In this document: positions 24,861 to 39,000 of the stretch, one piece after another | Layout: the number at the start of each line of letters is the position of its first letter | How positions within the stretch are numbered: position 1 is the stretch's first letter | Source: Mobula hypostoma | Taxonomy: Eukaryota | Direction of reading: 5' to 3' | NCBI RefSeq assembly: GCF_963921235.1 | Contig: NC_086097.1 | Span: 79,486,001 to 79,550,000 of the forward strand | Length of the DNA stretch: 64,000 nt | Notes under the pieces: generated by a model | Database searches by the model: none | Told to the model about the DNA's origin: nothing | What the model saw: only the letters and a program-made list of their open reading frames with translations | Position numbers and translations under genes: made by a program

Positions 24861-26776
24861 AATTTTACTAGATGTTTTCATAAATCTTGAATTCTTTTTG
24901 TTCAAATCCATTTATTAAAAATGTGCACAATATCAAATACACAATCTTACAAAGCCCAACATGAACAATGTCACAGATAATCTGCCATTTCCATTATAAG
25001 AGGAAATAAACATTAAAATGTGGTGTGCTGGCAACTGAACTCAAAAGCACATTTCAATTTCTAGGGTTATTTCATTAATGAAACAAACTATGGATCTTGG
25101 ATTAAATATTTACGAATTTAACTTTGTAGAATTAATATGTTATATTATAGACCTCAATAAACATAATTATGAACTATGTCTAAATATTTTCTCTCATCAA
25201 TAATGATACAATGAAGAATATTGAAAGCACAGTACGCACGGTACAATTTTTAATATGGACAATTAAGGATCACATTGAATATTTTAATTTCAACAGCCCC
25301 TAATTTTCCTGCTCTCTGAATAGTTAAATCAAGGAATCACCATCAAGCATTTAATTTCATATTTTTATAATCCACTATTGCCTTGGAAGAAATGTATAAA
25401 GTTTAGCTATGTTAATCTGATTTTGAAAAATTAATGACACACTCTGAAAACCATTTTATAGTATTACTTTAATAGTTCACTACTTGCTGCCCCTCCAGTT
25501 TACAAACAGAAAAATCATATTTAATTCATTATATCTGATAATTTCTTTTATGGATTAATTTGTATTTAATATGCTTTTGTAGGAAAATTGAAAACATTAT
25601 GGGCTCTGCTTCAAATGCTCCATTCTAAATTCAAATAATTCCTTGACTTGTGGATAAGTTAAAACCAAAATTTGAAATTAGTTGGTTTCTTTTTTTATTT
25701 TTTGACAAAATACACAGGGTTTATAATTATTTCAACTGTGCGCTTAAAAATAAATACCTTAATGTTAATGCATAACATGAATTGATAAAATAAGTTTGTA
25801 TTCAGTGTTATACATAGCTACTAGCTGTATATTTTTGTTAATTATATGGATTTCTAACAGTTACTTAAGGAAATTGCTCAATATAAACTGCTAGTCTGAC
25901 ACTGATGCCACAATCTTCTCTCTACCACATGATAGGAAGAAAGGTTTCTGTATATATTATCACTTGATAAGAAGCTAAGCCTGTTGTGGATAGTAGCTTT
26001 GGATATTGTTGCTGGGAATGGTATATCATGCTTTCCTTTCCAGGTGCCGAAAAATTCTAGGATTTTTAATAATTCGCATGTATGTTGTAGGAGGTTGTGA
26101 AATAGTTCATGTTGTGCAGCCTGTTAGCACTCAGATAAGACTGCAAAAGCCCTTCTTGCACTAAATAAGCAATTAGACTAGCAGTTGGTGGAAATGCTTG
26201 ACTAAATAAAATCTAACTGCTTTGCTAAATGCCAAATTTTTGCAGCTGAGATGTTGTTATTCTTAACTTTCCACAGTTTTAAATCATTTGATGAGAAAAA
26301 TGAAAATCATAGCTGAGAGAGCTCTCAATTTAAAGGGGCAATTTTAAAGATAACGTGCCTGACACTGAGTTTGGTGAATGTTATTATTGCTATGCTGAGT
26401 CTAAGTGCAGAGTTCTGGTGAAGTATTCTACAGTTAGTCAGAATGCAGTGACCAGTTAGCAATTTATCTCACTCTGCAAAAATGGCATCTGTTTTAAGTC
26501 TTTTAATTTGAATTTGCTAATTGATATTAAATCAATTTATTGTTTTGATTGCCAAGGACATGTGAGAACTGGGAAAACAACTGCATATTTCCTGAACCAA
26601 CAGATTGAAGAACGCAGTCTGAATAAAAGGGTGTCAATTAATGTTGTGAACCGAATGTCAAATTAAGTACTGAAAAAAGACTAAAATCCAAAAAAAAGTA
26701 AAAGATTGATAGAAGTATATGAAGGAAAAGCAAAATGACAATTTTTGATATCTGAATATGACGATTATTTAAAAGT

Positions 26777-27885
26777 AGAACGTAGAATGTAGAATCATAT
26801 AGCATAGTAAGGCCCTTTGGCCCATGATGTTGTGTCAATCTTTTAACCTACTCCAAGACCAGTGCAATGCTTCCCTTCCACACAGCGTTCCATATTTCCT
26901 TCATCCTCGTGCTTATCTAAGAGTCTCATAAATGCCCCTAATGTATCTTTCTCTAACACCACCTCTGGCAGCACATTCTATGCACCTACCACTCTCTGTG
27001 TAAAAAAAAACTTGCCTCTGACATCCCTCCTATACTTTCCTCCAATCACCTAAAAATTATGACCTCTCATATTAGCTGTGTCTAACTGGGGGAAATACAC
27101 TGGCTGTGTAGTCTTTTATCATCTTTATACACTTCTGTCAAGTCACCTCTGATACTCCTTTGCTCCAAAGAGAAAAGCCCTAGCTCACACAATCTTTCCT
27201 CATAAAACATACTCTCTAATCCAGATAGCATCCTGGTAAATCTCCTCTGTACCCTCTCTGAAGCTTCCACATCCTTCTCATAATGAGGTGAATAGAACTG
27301 AACACAATATTCCAAGTGGTCTAACCAGAGATTTTTAACGAGTTCCAACATTACCTCATGGCTTTTGAACTCTATCCCCAGATAATAAAGGCCAAGATAC
27401 CATACACCTTCTTAACAACTCTATCAACTTGTGTGGCACTTTTCAGCAACCTATGAATATAGACGCCAAGATTTCTCTGTTCTTCCATAATGGTGAATCC
27501 TGCCTTTCACCCTGTACTCTGCCTTCAAGTTTGACCTTCCAAAGAGTATCATTTCACACTTTACTGGCTTAGACTCCATCTACCTCTTCTCAGCCCTGTT
27601 CTTCATCCTATCAATGTCCTGTTGTCACCTACAACAACCTTCTACACTACCACAAAACCACCAACCTTCATGTCATCTGCAAACTTACTCACCCACCCTT
27701 CTATTTCGTTATCCATGTCATTTATGAAAAGCACAAAGAGCAGGTGTTCTAGAGCTGTCCACTGTGGAACACCACTGGTCATGATATCCAGGCAGAACAT
27801 ACTCCATCTACTACCACACGCTGTCTTCTGTGGCCAAGTTAATTCTGAATCCACGCAGCCAACTTTCCCTGGATTCCATGCCTCT
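26777..27885 (-). mobile_element. CR1 LINE, 5'-truncated
   Basis: ORFs 27082..27351 and 27642..27854 (SGVPQ, SKFADDMKV, HLEYCVQF). Confidence 0.9.
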
Positions 27886-28439
27886 TAACAGTAATTGAAA
27901 TATATTAAGCCATTACATTGGTAAGTGAGTATATATCAATTATAGACATTGTTTTCTATGTTTCAAGTGGCAATATTAGCAACATAGTTATTGTTCAACT
28001 TCTGGAGGAACAGGACAGCATAGGCACAAACTTTTTTTTAAACATATTTATCTATTCAAATCCAGTTAATAGAAGCTGCTCTCCAATAAATACTTTAAAA
28101 ACAAAGATCACTGTTAGCCACATTGTGACCAGCCCAAGACTTTACAATAAGTATACATGTAAAATTTGACTTTTTCCACCATATGCAATCAACAATGTAG
28201 CTGCCATAATGGAATCCATTCACAACAACAGAAAGAACAGGTAAATAAAAACAAAAATCACAACTAATTCTTGTGAGTTGGCACCATTAACAAAGACTGA
28301 ATTTATATGCTTAAAACAAAAGGAAATTATATCCGAACTTTAGATCGTAAGAACATTTTTTAAATGTGCTAAGTGAAGTATTTTAAGGATATGATGTATT
28401 TCCAGGAATTATAGCCACAAAGTTTGTCATAAATGCGTC

Positions 28440-29130
28440 AAAGCACACTGCACTACCGTAGATGTGATATCAAGGAACAATTAAAACCACTGGATAGGGC
28501 AAAGGTTGTAGGACCAGTCAGATTCTCAGTTGAGTTACTGCAGATCTGCTTTCCAGAACTGGCGCATCTCTGGCCAAGCTGTTCTAGTACAGAAATATCT
28601 GCACAGACATGTGGAATACTGTCCTGGCATGCCCTTCCCACAAAAAGGAGAACAAATCCAATAAGTATCACCTCATGAGTAATGAGTTCTGGACCAAGTG
28701 TTCACAGTAAAACACAATCTGGGCATAATTGAGTAGATTAATGCATTGTGATTGACACATTGTATCACTTGGCTGATGATTGAAGACAAAGTGATACAAT
28801 GCGTCATCCACAATGCATTAATCTACTCAATAATGCCCAGATTGTGTTTTGCTTCATCACCGAGGTCAGACATGGCATACTTATTGATGTTTGTACAAAT
28901 GTTCACTTCCATTTACAGCTCTTCAACAAATGAAATAGCTTAAGTCTACAAACCCAAGATCAAGACTACTTTGATGTATGCACTAATTAGTGACAAGCCC
29001 AGCAGCATTTCCAAAACTCACACGTTTATCATCAAGGAAGGAGCAGCACGAAGACTGGGAACACCACCAACACGCTCCTCTCCAATTCACATGCTATTCT
29101 GACTTGAAAATATATTCCTGTTCCTTTATT
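28440..29130 (+). mobile_element. Old CR1/L2-group LINE fragments (approximate)
   Basis: LKPLDRAKVVGP...LLQICFPELA, a pre-RT linker motif, at 28433..28678. Family 3'-type sequence near 29000-29120. Confidence 0.55.
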
Positions 29131-29301
29131 GTTGGGAGAGAATCCTTTGTAATTATTAGAATAAAATAAATACTCTTGTTCCATGTTTCAGAATTCTGTG
29201 TCTATGTGATTAAATAGCAATTATCGGGACTCCATCAGTACAGTGGGAGATCAGATCATGGGGAAATAGTGTGCGTATTTTCATGTTAAAAAAATAATAA
29301 A

Positions 29302-29433
29302 TCACAAACAAGGGAAAATCTGCAGAAGGTCAAATCCCAGCAACACACACAAAATGCTGTAACGTTGACTATAGATTTTTTCCATAGATGATGCCTGACC
29401 TGTTGTGTTCCTCCAGCATTTTGTGTGTGTTGC
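29302..29433. mobile_element. Short fold-back Penelope-like fragment
   Basis: 13-bp A-rich TSD AAAAAATAATAAA at 29289-29301 and 29434-29446. Arms gcaacacacacaaaatgctg / cagcattttgtgtgtgttgc. Confidence 0.78.
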
Positions 29434-29929
29434 AAAAAATAATAAAAGTTTATTTCTGACCAACAAACATTAGGCTTGATTTGTATGGCTGAATTAGAAG
29501 GCAGTACGAATGAAAAATAAACAGACCACTGGAATGTTACTCTGCAGGTCACCATTCTTCACTGTAGTTCACTACATCAGTTTTCTTTGTAGGAAGGTTT
29601 TACACTAATTCATTGGCAGCAAGGGGCCTGAACACACAAGGAGAGACAGATGTAGAACTGATTGACATTCTTTAAGTCAATTGTATATGTTACATTTTTT
29701 TCCAGAATAAACTGGCTTTGAATTCATGCATCTTTTTCCAGGATATAGACACCTAAATGAATGTGAACTCTTTCTGAAGATACCTAGCTTTTGAGGACTT
29801 CAGCCCGAAACAATCAATCTCTGCAGAAATGCTCAGAAATTCATAAACAGATGGTCACCAGAGCTGGTTAAGTATTACAGGTCTGTGAGATACTGCAAGG
29901 AAGCGGGTCCTTCACTCCAGTAAGTCTGC

Positions 29930-30205
29930 TCAGACAATCAAACAGAATTATACAGAAATCTTACTATAACCCGTTTTTTTTTGCTCTCATTCCCGTCAAC
30001 TACCCACAGATTCTACGGCTTATCTCTTCACTAGGGACAATATACAATTAACCTCTCAACCCTCACAATTTTAGATAGAAGGAAGAAACTGGAAAAAAAC
30101 CCACGCTGTCATTGGGAGAACGTGCAAACTCTGCATAGACAACGACAGTGGTCAGGCCTGAAACTGAGTCGCTGGAGCTATGAGAGCAGCTGTACCAGCT
30201 GCATT
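29930..30205 (-). mobile_element. V-SINE/HE1-like SINE
   Basis: Minus strand core ctatgcagagtttgcacgttctcccaatgacagcgtggg downstream of a tRNA-like head. Confidence 0.65.
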
Positions 30206-30526
30206 ATAATAAATGGAATGGTAGTTAATAATCAAGTATTGAATCATAGGATTGGCTTGGATATAGACTAAACACAGGTGTTTCCAAAGGGCATGATAGA
30301 GACGTAGGGAAAGTCATGTGGCTATTTATATAGTTTCTTGTTTTTGATTCATTAAGAGATGATGAATTGTTTGGTTTGATTGGTTTGTTATATTTCCTCT
30401 TCCAAACATGTACGCACAAATATATCAAGCGTTGCAGCATCAAGAAGTACATCTTTAGGTTGATTGGACCCTCTGCTCCTGAAGAAGAGTGACCAATCCA
30501 ATCAATGCACTTTTGTTTGACTCAGG

Positions 30527-31510
30527 AATAAGACCATAAGACCATAAGATATAGGAGCAGAATTAGGCCATTTGGCCCATCGTGTCTGTCTGCCATTTCA
30601 TCATGGCTGATCCAATTTTCCTCTCAACTCCAATCTCCTGCCTTCTTCCTGTACCCGTTCATGCCCTGACCAATCAAGAACCTATCAACTTCAGCCTTAA
30701 ATATACATAAAGAGTTGGCCTCCACAGTTGCCTATGGCAAAGAATTCCACAGATTCACCACCACCTGGCCTAAGAAATTTCTCCTCATCTCCATTTGAAA
30801 AGGACACCCCTCTATTCTGAGGCTGTCTCCTCTGGTCTTAGACTCTCTCACCACAGGAAACATCCTCTCCACATCCACCCTATCAAGGCCTTCCCAAATT
30901 CAATAGGTTTCAATGAGGTCACCCCTCATTCTTCTGAATTCATTCAAGTGAATACAGGCCCAGAGCCATCGGACGCTCTTCATATGACAAGCCCACTCAA
31001 TCGTTTTCGTGAACCTCCTTTGAACCCTCTCCAGTTTCAGCATATCCTTTCTAAGATAAGGGGCCCAAACCTGCTCACAATACTCCAAGTGATGTCTCAC
31101 CAGTGTTTTATGAAGTTTCAACATTACATCCTTGCTTTTATATTTGAGTCCTCTCGAAATGAATGCTAACATTGTATTTGCCTTCCTCACCATAGACTCA
31201 GCCTGCAAATTAACCTTTCCAGCTCCAACTCCTTAACACAGTTTATTAGAAGTTGCAGCTGGATACACTTCTCATAATTGTGGTGGCCAGTGATACTGGA
31301 AGTCTTCCTGTCTTTCCACATCCTGCAAGAGGAGCATTGCACTATTCTGCCTGTTGTTTCTACTTAGCTGAGCAGATATAAAGAAGAGAAGGAAAAAACT
31401 TGAGCTTTTCTTTTCTTTGCTTTCTCTGAGTGAAGCCTCTCTTTGCTGAAGCCTTGAAGAGGTAAAGCCTTAAGATCACCACTCTATGTCTACTCAGATG
31501 ATGGCCCTTT
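30527..31510 (-). mobile_element. CR1 3' end (30527-31218) joined to a CR1 5'UTR/ORF1 start (31219-31510)
   Basis: ORF 30900..31208 is the RT C-terminus. Minus translation QCSSCRMW...EKCIQLQLL is the ORF1 zinc finger. Confidence 0.82.
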
Positions 31511-31823
31511 GATTTGTGATTTGCGTGAGTAATTTTTTCCCCTCCATAAAAAGCACAATCCAATGTTTACTTCAGATACATTACATCAATAAATGTGAGG
31601 GAATTAATAAAGATGGATCGGCAGATAGTTACAAATCCTATTGTGAAGCCCATTGATAAAATGGGTGACAAAATGGACAATGGCAAATACAGACCTTTTA
31701 GTTTCAATTCCATTCAATGTAAAAATAACACAATGTTAGAAACCTCAGATTTACCTTAAAAAAAGTGGCAAGAATATTCAAAAATGAAAATTTCTGCAAC
31801 AGATTCCACAGTGGATGGAGCAA

Positions 31824-33332
31824 TCTATATACTACTAAAACTCTCATGCTCTGCCTGTCTGTTTGTCTGTTTGTGACCTCCAATTAGTGCAAACCGTGCA
31901 TTACAGCGGCACTTTTTTTTGGCTAAATTGAATTAAAGTGCGCTAACTTACAGAATGCAGGCAAAGTTCAGGGTTATGTATTCATATAAAATTGCTCATG
32001 CCCCAAAAATCACCAGGCTGCCTTTCACCTGAGACCCGATTGGCCATCATGGAAATCAGGACACGACAGCCCGACGCATGTACACGGCCAGCCTCAGCCG
32101 CGCCTCACGATGCTCACAGAACCAGCTCCACCTTCCACGGAGAACGCGACGCCACACCATGATGCATGCGCATGGCCAGCCTCAGCAGCTTGGAGGCTTG
32201 GGTGTTACTGCTTCCTATCTCCTATCAAGCATTAGGGTAAAAATACATGGATAGCCTAATTATGCCACGTGGAAAGAGAAGGGGGACATTATGGTCAAGA
32301 GATGATGCCAAAAGTTGTCGGGAAGCGGCAAGGAAAGGGAGAGTACAACAATCGGATGAGGCCAGGGCTGCACGTCTCCAGGATCAAAGAGTCAAGACAA
32401 AAAAGATGAGAGAATACGAGACAGAGGAGGACAGACATGCACGTCTCCAAAATGACAACAATAGGCATAGATGGAGGAGAGAACAAGAATCCGATCAGTC
32501 CAGGGCCGCACGACACCAGGACCACAGAGGTAGAACAAATGGTAGAAGAGATGAAGAGACGAAGGATGAAAGGGCTATGCATCTCCAGAATGACAAAAAC
32601 AGGCAGAGAAGGAGGCGAGAGGAAGAGACAGAGGAGAAAAGGAGATCAACTCGAGAATATGTGGCACAGAGTAATTATTGCGAGAGTTGCTGAAGACGAC
32701 AATGGCTGCTTTTGACAACAATACCTTGACAGAGAAAGAGCAAGGCAAAATGCACGACTCGCATGCCATCACTTTTCTGCTGATGTTGGTTCGATGACCA
32801 GAGTATGGTCTCACTGTCGTGCCTTCCTATTCACTGGAGAAACCGCACATTTCTGCTGTATGAAGGGAAAAGTCAGGATAGGCAATTTGCAGCCTCTACC
32901 TAATGAACTCCTCAATTTGTACGGCATAATGAACCTATTGCAAATGAGTTCAGGAAGAACATCAGACAATACAATTGCCTCTTCTAAATGACATCCTTTG
33001 GTGCCAAAGAAGTCATTCCAACTAGGAATCGATGGAATTCTTCTGTGATTATTCAAGGCCAAATCCACCATTACATCGGACATTTAATTCCAGACCCGAC
33101 CGAGCATGCTCGATTCCTTCAAATTTACTTCATGGATACTTAATGTTCATTCTGGTCACATATTTGTCTTGCTATGCGTCTTTCTTCTTTAATAAGCTGA
33201 GTTTTTCTTCTTTAATTTCCAAATCAAAGAGATAGCAATAGCATTCAGGAAAATTTACTGTTCATTCTGGTCACATCAGACTGCACTACCCTTCTCTCAA
33301 AGGGTGCTCCAACGGGTCACCCCATTGTCTAG
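31824..33332 (+). mobile_element. Non-autonomous Helitron, 1509 bp, deletion derivative keeping the RepHel N-terminus
   Basis: A|TC 5' end and CTAG|T 3' end, no TSD. Subterminal hairpin caacggg-tcac-cccattg. Encodes Arg/Glu-rich repeats, SHCRAFLFTGE..FCCMKGKV and FRKNIRQYNCLF*MTSFGA...IQGQIHHYIG...FLQIYFMD. Confidence 0.92.
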
Positions 33333-34490
33333 TACTCTATTAATATTATTTGTTTGTAGGCAAAAAAGATCCTTAGTTAATTATACACCAAACATTTCAA
33401 ACTAAAACAAAGCAAAAATTGACAGATACAAGAATATTAAACTACGTAGCTAGAGAATATGGTAGAAAGTAAAAGCAGAGCAAGGCAAGTTATAAAAATA
33501 TCATACAGCACTATGCTTAGGCAGCAAATTTAATGTGGTCCTAACTTGTGCATAAGCACACCAAAGCACAACTTTCAAGTGGACATAGTGCAGAGATGAA
33601 GCATTATTTCCAAGCTATGAAAGAATCTGTTATGCATTTTCTGGTTAGGACATGAGTGTAATCATAGTTCTCAATACAATGAAGATATAATGTATTATCA
33701 TGATGCTCACCGTTTACAAATTTAATGGGGTATAAACCCAATAAATGTATTGTTTCTGAGAGTCACCAATATTACTCTACAAATCATCATGACAACTTCC
33801 AAACTCATTAAAAAAAAAGCTGACTCTCTATCTTAATCACTGACTTAACTCATTTTAAAGAGTTCAAAAGCAGACTATCAGCAGAAAAGGTTGGTCAATG
33901 ATATATAATGCACGTCAGGAACAAGTTTAATCAATGAAAATTTCCCTTCTCAATTCATACAATAAAATCAAAATGTAACTTTATAGTTTGTGATAGTGTA
34001 AATATCCATGTGATCGTGTACTTTTCACTAGCCTGAGTAAGTGCAGACCCAACAATGTTAAAAAAGCTCAACACCATCCAGGCCTTATGAATGACTGGCA
34101 CCCTGTCCGAAACAAACACATTCATTCTCTTCAACGCATACAATACCATGGCTGCTGTAAACCATCTATGTACAACACATATGGAGAATCCTTCTCAAAC
34201 TCTTATTCTGCACTGCTGAACTTTAACCTGCATTACTATGAACCAGGTACCTGAGACAGGAATATACAGGACATGAATAAATTTACTAGAGGGGCAAAAA
34301 CTTTTCACACAGGGAAATGACACTATTTTATATAAAAATTCTCAAATGTGTTACTGTTCAAATTTTTCAAAGGTGAGATAAATCTGATATAGTTATTGTT
34401 TGGTATTGAAATCTGGAATATTGCCTGCGAGGATGTGCAACTAACAAATAAAATGTAATCAAGAAACATCCGCTATAACAACAGTACTTA

Positions 34491-34694
<204 letters not shown>

Positions 34695-34768
34695 CTAAAA
34701 GAAATCCAGAAACCAAGAAGAATTATCACAATGTCTAAAATGTAAATTTTAATTTCTGTACCAAAATA

Positions 34769-35292
34769 CACTCAGAGTCTATTTTATTAGGTACCTATTG
34801 TACCTAATAAAGTCGTCACTGAGTGTATGTTCGTGGTTTTCTGTAGCCCATTTAATTCATGGAAAAGATGTGTCGTGTGTTCAGATACGTTCTTCTGCAC
34901 ACCACTCTTGTAGCACATAGATATTTGAGGCACAGTGACCTTCCTGTCAGTTTGAACCAGTCTGCCCATTCTCCTTGGAATTTTCTTATTAACAATGGCC
35001 ACAGAACTGCTGCTTACTTTTTTTGTTTTTCACACTATTCTCTGAAAACTAGGACTGTTGTGCATGAAAATTCCAGGAGACCAGCAGTTTCTGAGATACT
35101 CAAACCACCTTGTCTGGCACCACAGTCAAAGTCACTTAGATCACATTTTTTCCCCCATTCTGATGTTTGGTCTGAACATCAACAGAACCGCTTGAGCAAG
35201 TCTGCATGAGATAATGTCACATGATTGGCTGATTAGATATTTGCATTAATGAGCAGGTGTACAGATATACCTAATAAAGTGGCCACTGATTA
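34769..35292 (-). mobile_element. Non-autonomous Tc1-like element
   Basis: TA-flanked TIRs CACTCAG...TTTATTAGGTA / TACCTAATAAAGTGGCCACTGA. Minus translation RMGRLVQTDRKVTVPQI...VSEHTT is a Tc1 DNA-binding region. Confidence 0.8.
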
Positions 35293-36059
35293 TATAATAA
35301 ACCAGGCACCAACATGATGATGGTTCGATAATTTTTTTTGGAGTAATAAAATCATTGACACTGGAGGCCAGGACATCAGATAAGGTTAATGCTGTATCAG
35401 ATTTTGGAATGTATTTGAATGTCCCTAACATTCAGTAGCATTCACAAACTATTTAAAATAAAATCACCAAAAATAAATGTAAACCTGAAAACATTAATAT
35501 AAATACAAATAATTAACATTTTAATGTATATTCCCACTTTTCTACCTTACTGTTGTAAAATTTCCATTGGATGATTGGGCTTGGGGATCTTGCAAAAACT
35601 CTAACCTAGTACAGGATCCCAAAGCAGATCCAAAGCTTGTACTGCACATGGAGTCCAGCAATTTGTTTACTGAACAATTTTGTAATCAGAAATCATTCAG
35701 TAGTTTTCAGACTTTTTCCTTCCTAAACTTGTTTACATTGACCAGTTCCTCTAACCCAGTCTCCAGTTATCAAGAATTATATCCCTGAAGGTTAACACAA
35801 TTGGTGAATGATATAAAATAACATTTAGAAATGACTATTTTCTTGCAATTTTGTTCATATATACATAAGAATTATTTTACAATCAAGTTACAGAAATAAA
35901 ACCCTGTCCTTCCAGTCAAGTAGATACTCTTCTCTGGTGTTGGCTTGTGAAAGAGTACAGACTTTTGTTCTTATAGTGATTCTGAAATGCAATGAATTCT
36001 GCTAAGAATTAAATGAAACTCATGAGAGATCAATTAGTGTACCAAACTGCTACAATTCC

Positions 36060-39000
36060 TAAGCAGGCAGAAGTGAGTGCAGTCACTATTACTAAGGAAG
36101 GCCTTTGACAAGATAAGTACATGAGGTTGCTAAACAAGATGGGAGCTCATGGTATTACAGATAAGACACTAGCCTGGACAGAAGGTTGGTTGACTGCCAG
36201 GAGACAAAGAGTGGGAATAAATGGGGCCTTTTCTGGTTGGTTGCTGGTAACCAGTAATGTTCTGCAAAGACTGTAAGACATAGGAGGAGAATCAGGCCAA
36301 TCGGCCCATCTAGTCTGCTCTGCCATTGCAGCGCAGCTGATTTATTATCCCTCATAACCCCATTCTTCTGCCTTCTTCCCGAAACCTTTGACACCTTTGC
36401 TAATAAACCTCTGCTTAAATTTACCAATGAATTGACCTATAAGGCTGTCTGTCACAATGAATTCCACAGATTCACTACCTTCCGGCCAAAGAAATTCATC
36501 CTAATTTCTGTTCTAAAGGGACAACCTTCTACTCTGAGGCTGCACTGGTTCTAGACTCCCTTACTTCTAGAAACATTCTCTTCACATTCATTCTATCTAG
36601 ACCTTTCAATATTCATTAAGTTTCACTGAGATCCTTTTCATTCTTCCAAACGCCAGTGAATACAGGCCATGAGCCATTAAACACTCCTCATATATTTAAT
36701 TCTCGGAATCGTTCTCGTGAACCTCCTTTGCATTTCCAGCACATCATTTCGTAGATAAGGGGCCTAAAAATGCTCACATACTCCAAGTACAGTCTGACCA
36801 ATACCTTTTAAAGCCTCAGCATTACATCCTTGCTCTTATATTCTAGTCCTCTCAAAATTAATGCTAAAATTGCATTTGCCTTCCTTACCACCAACTCAAA
36901 TTGCAAGTTAACCTTCAGGGAATCCGGCAATAGCACTCACAAGTCCCTTTGCAGTTCTAATTTCCGATTTTTTCCCCCTATGCTGAAGGCCTTCATTCCT
37001 TCTAACAACGTGCATAACGATACACTCCCCAGCACTATATTATATCTGCCACTTCTTTGCCTGTTCTCCTAATTTGTCTAAGTACCTGTGCAGGCTCCCT
37101 GCTTCCTCAGCACCGCCTGCCCCTTCACCTACCTTTATCTCATCTACAAACTTGGCCACAAAGCCTTCAATTCCATCATCCAAATCATTGATGTATAACG
37201 TGAAAAGAAGTGGTGCCAACACCGACCCCTGCAGAACACCAGTAGTTAATGGCAGCCAACCAGAAAGGGTCTCCTTTATGCCCACCGTTTGCTGCTTGCT
37301 AGTCAGCCAATCTTCTATTCATTTTGGTATCTTTACTGTAATACCATGGGCTATTACCTTGTTAAGCAGCCTCATGTGTGGCACCTTTACAAAGGGCTTC
37401 TCAAAGATACAAGTAAACACTGACTCTCCTTTGTCTATCCTGTTATTTCCTCAAAGAATTCTAACAGATTTGTTGGGCAAGCTTTCCCCTTAAGGAAATC
37501 ATGCTGACTTTGGCCTATTTTATTATGTACCTTCAAGTACCCTGAAACATCATCCTTAAAAGGAAATTACAGTGATCTGAGAAAGGAGTTGGCCAAAGTT
37601 CATTAGAAGGAAATGCTGGCAGGGATGGAGTGAGCTTCTGGGAAAAATGAGGAAGCTAGAGGATAGATGTATTCCAAAAACAAAGAAATACTCAAATGGC
37701 AAAATAGTAAAACCGTGGCTGAAAAGGGAAGTCAAAGCTAATGCAAAAGAAAAGATAGGGCATACAACAAAGCAAAAATTAGCGGGAAGATAGAGGATAG
37801 GAAAGCTTTTAAAAACCTACAGGAAGCAGCTAAAAGAATCATGAGGAGGGAAAAGATGAAATATAAAAGCAAGCTAGCTAACAACAACAAAGTGGATAGT
37901 AAAAGCTTTTTCAAGTATGTAAAAAATAAAAAGAGATATGGGACTGGATATAGGGCTGCTGGAAAATGAGGATGGAGAAATAATAACGGGGATAAGGAGA
38001 TGGCAGATTAACTAAATGAGTATTTTGCATCAGTTTTCACTGTGGAAGACACTAATAGTATGGCAGATGTTCAAGAGTGTGAAGAAAGAGAAATGAGTTC
38101 AGTTACTATTACAAGGGAGAAGGTGCTCAAAAAGCTGAAAGACCTAAGGGTACATAAGTCACCTGGATCAGATGAACTGCACCCTGGTGTTCTGAAAGAG
38201 ATAGCGGTAGAGAGTGTGGAGGCATTAGCAATGATCTTTCAAAAATCATTGGACTCTGGCATGGTGCCAGCTCATCATGAGGACTGGAAAACTGCAAATG
38301 CACTCTACTACTTAAGAAAGGAGGAAGGCAGCAGAAAGGAAATTATAGACAGGTTAGCCTGACTTCAATGGTTGGGAAGATGTTGGAATCCATTGTTAAG
38401 GATGAGGTTATGGAGTACTTGGTGACAGAGGACAAGATAGAACAAAGTCAGCATGGTTTCCTTAAGGGAAAATTTTGCCTGATGAACCTGCTGGAATTCT
38501 TTGAGGAGATTAAAAGTAGGATAGATAAAGGAGATGCAGTGGATGTTGTAGTTTTGGACTTTCAGAAGGCTTTTGACAAGGTGCCATACATGAGGATGTT
38601 TACCAAGTTAAGAGCCCATGGTATTGCAGGAAAGCTACTGGCATGGTTAGAGCATTGGCTGATTGGTAGGGGGCAGTGAATGGGAATAAAGGGATCTTGT
38701 TTTCTGGTTGGCTGCCAGTGACTAGTGGTGTTCCACAGGGGTCGGTATTGGGACCGCTTCTTTTTACGCTGTATATCGAGTGTTTAGATGATGGAATAGA
38801 TGGCTTTGTTGCCAAGTTTGCACATGATACAAAGATTGGTGGAGGGGCAGGTAGTGTTGAGGAAACAGAAAGCTGCAGAGGGACTTAGACAGAATAGGAG
38901 AATGGGCAAGAAAGCGGCAAATGGAATACAATGTTGGAAAATGCATGGTCATGCATTTTGGTAGTAGAAATAGATGTGCAGACTCTTTTCTGAACTGGGA

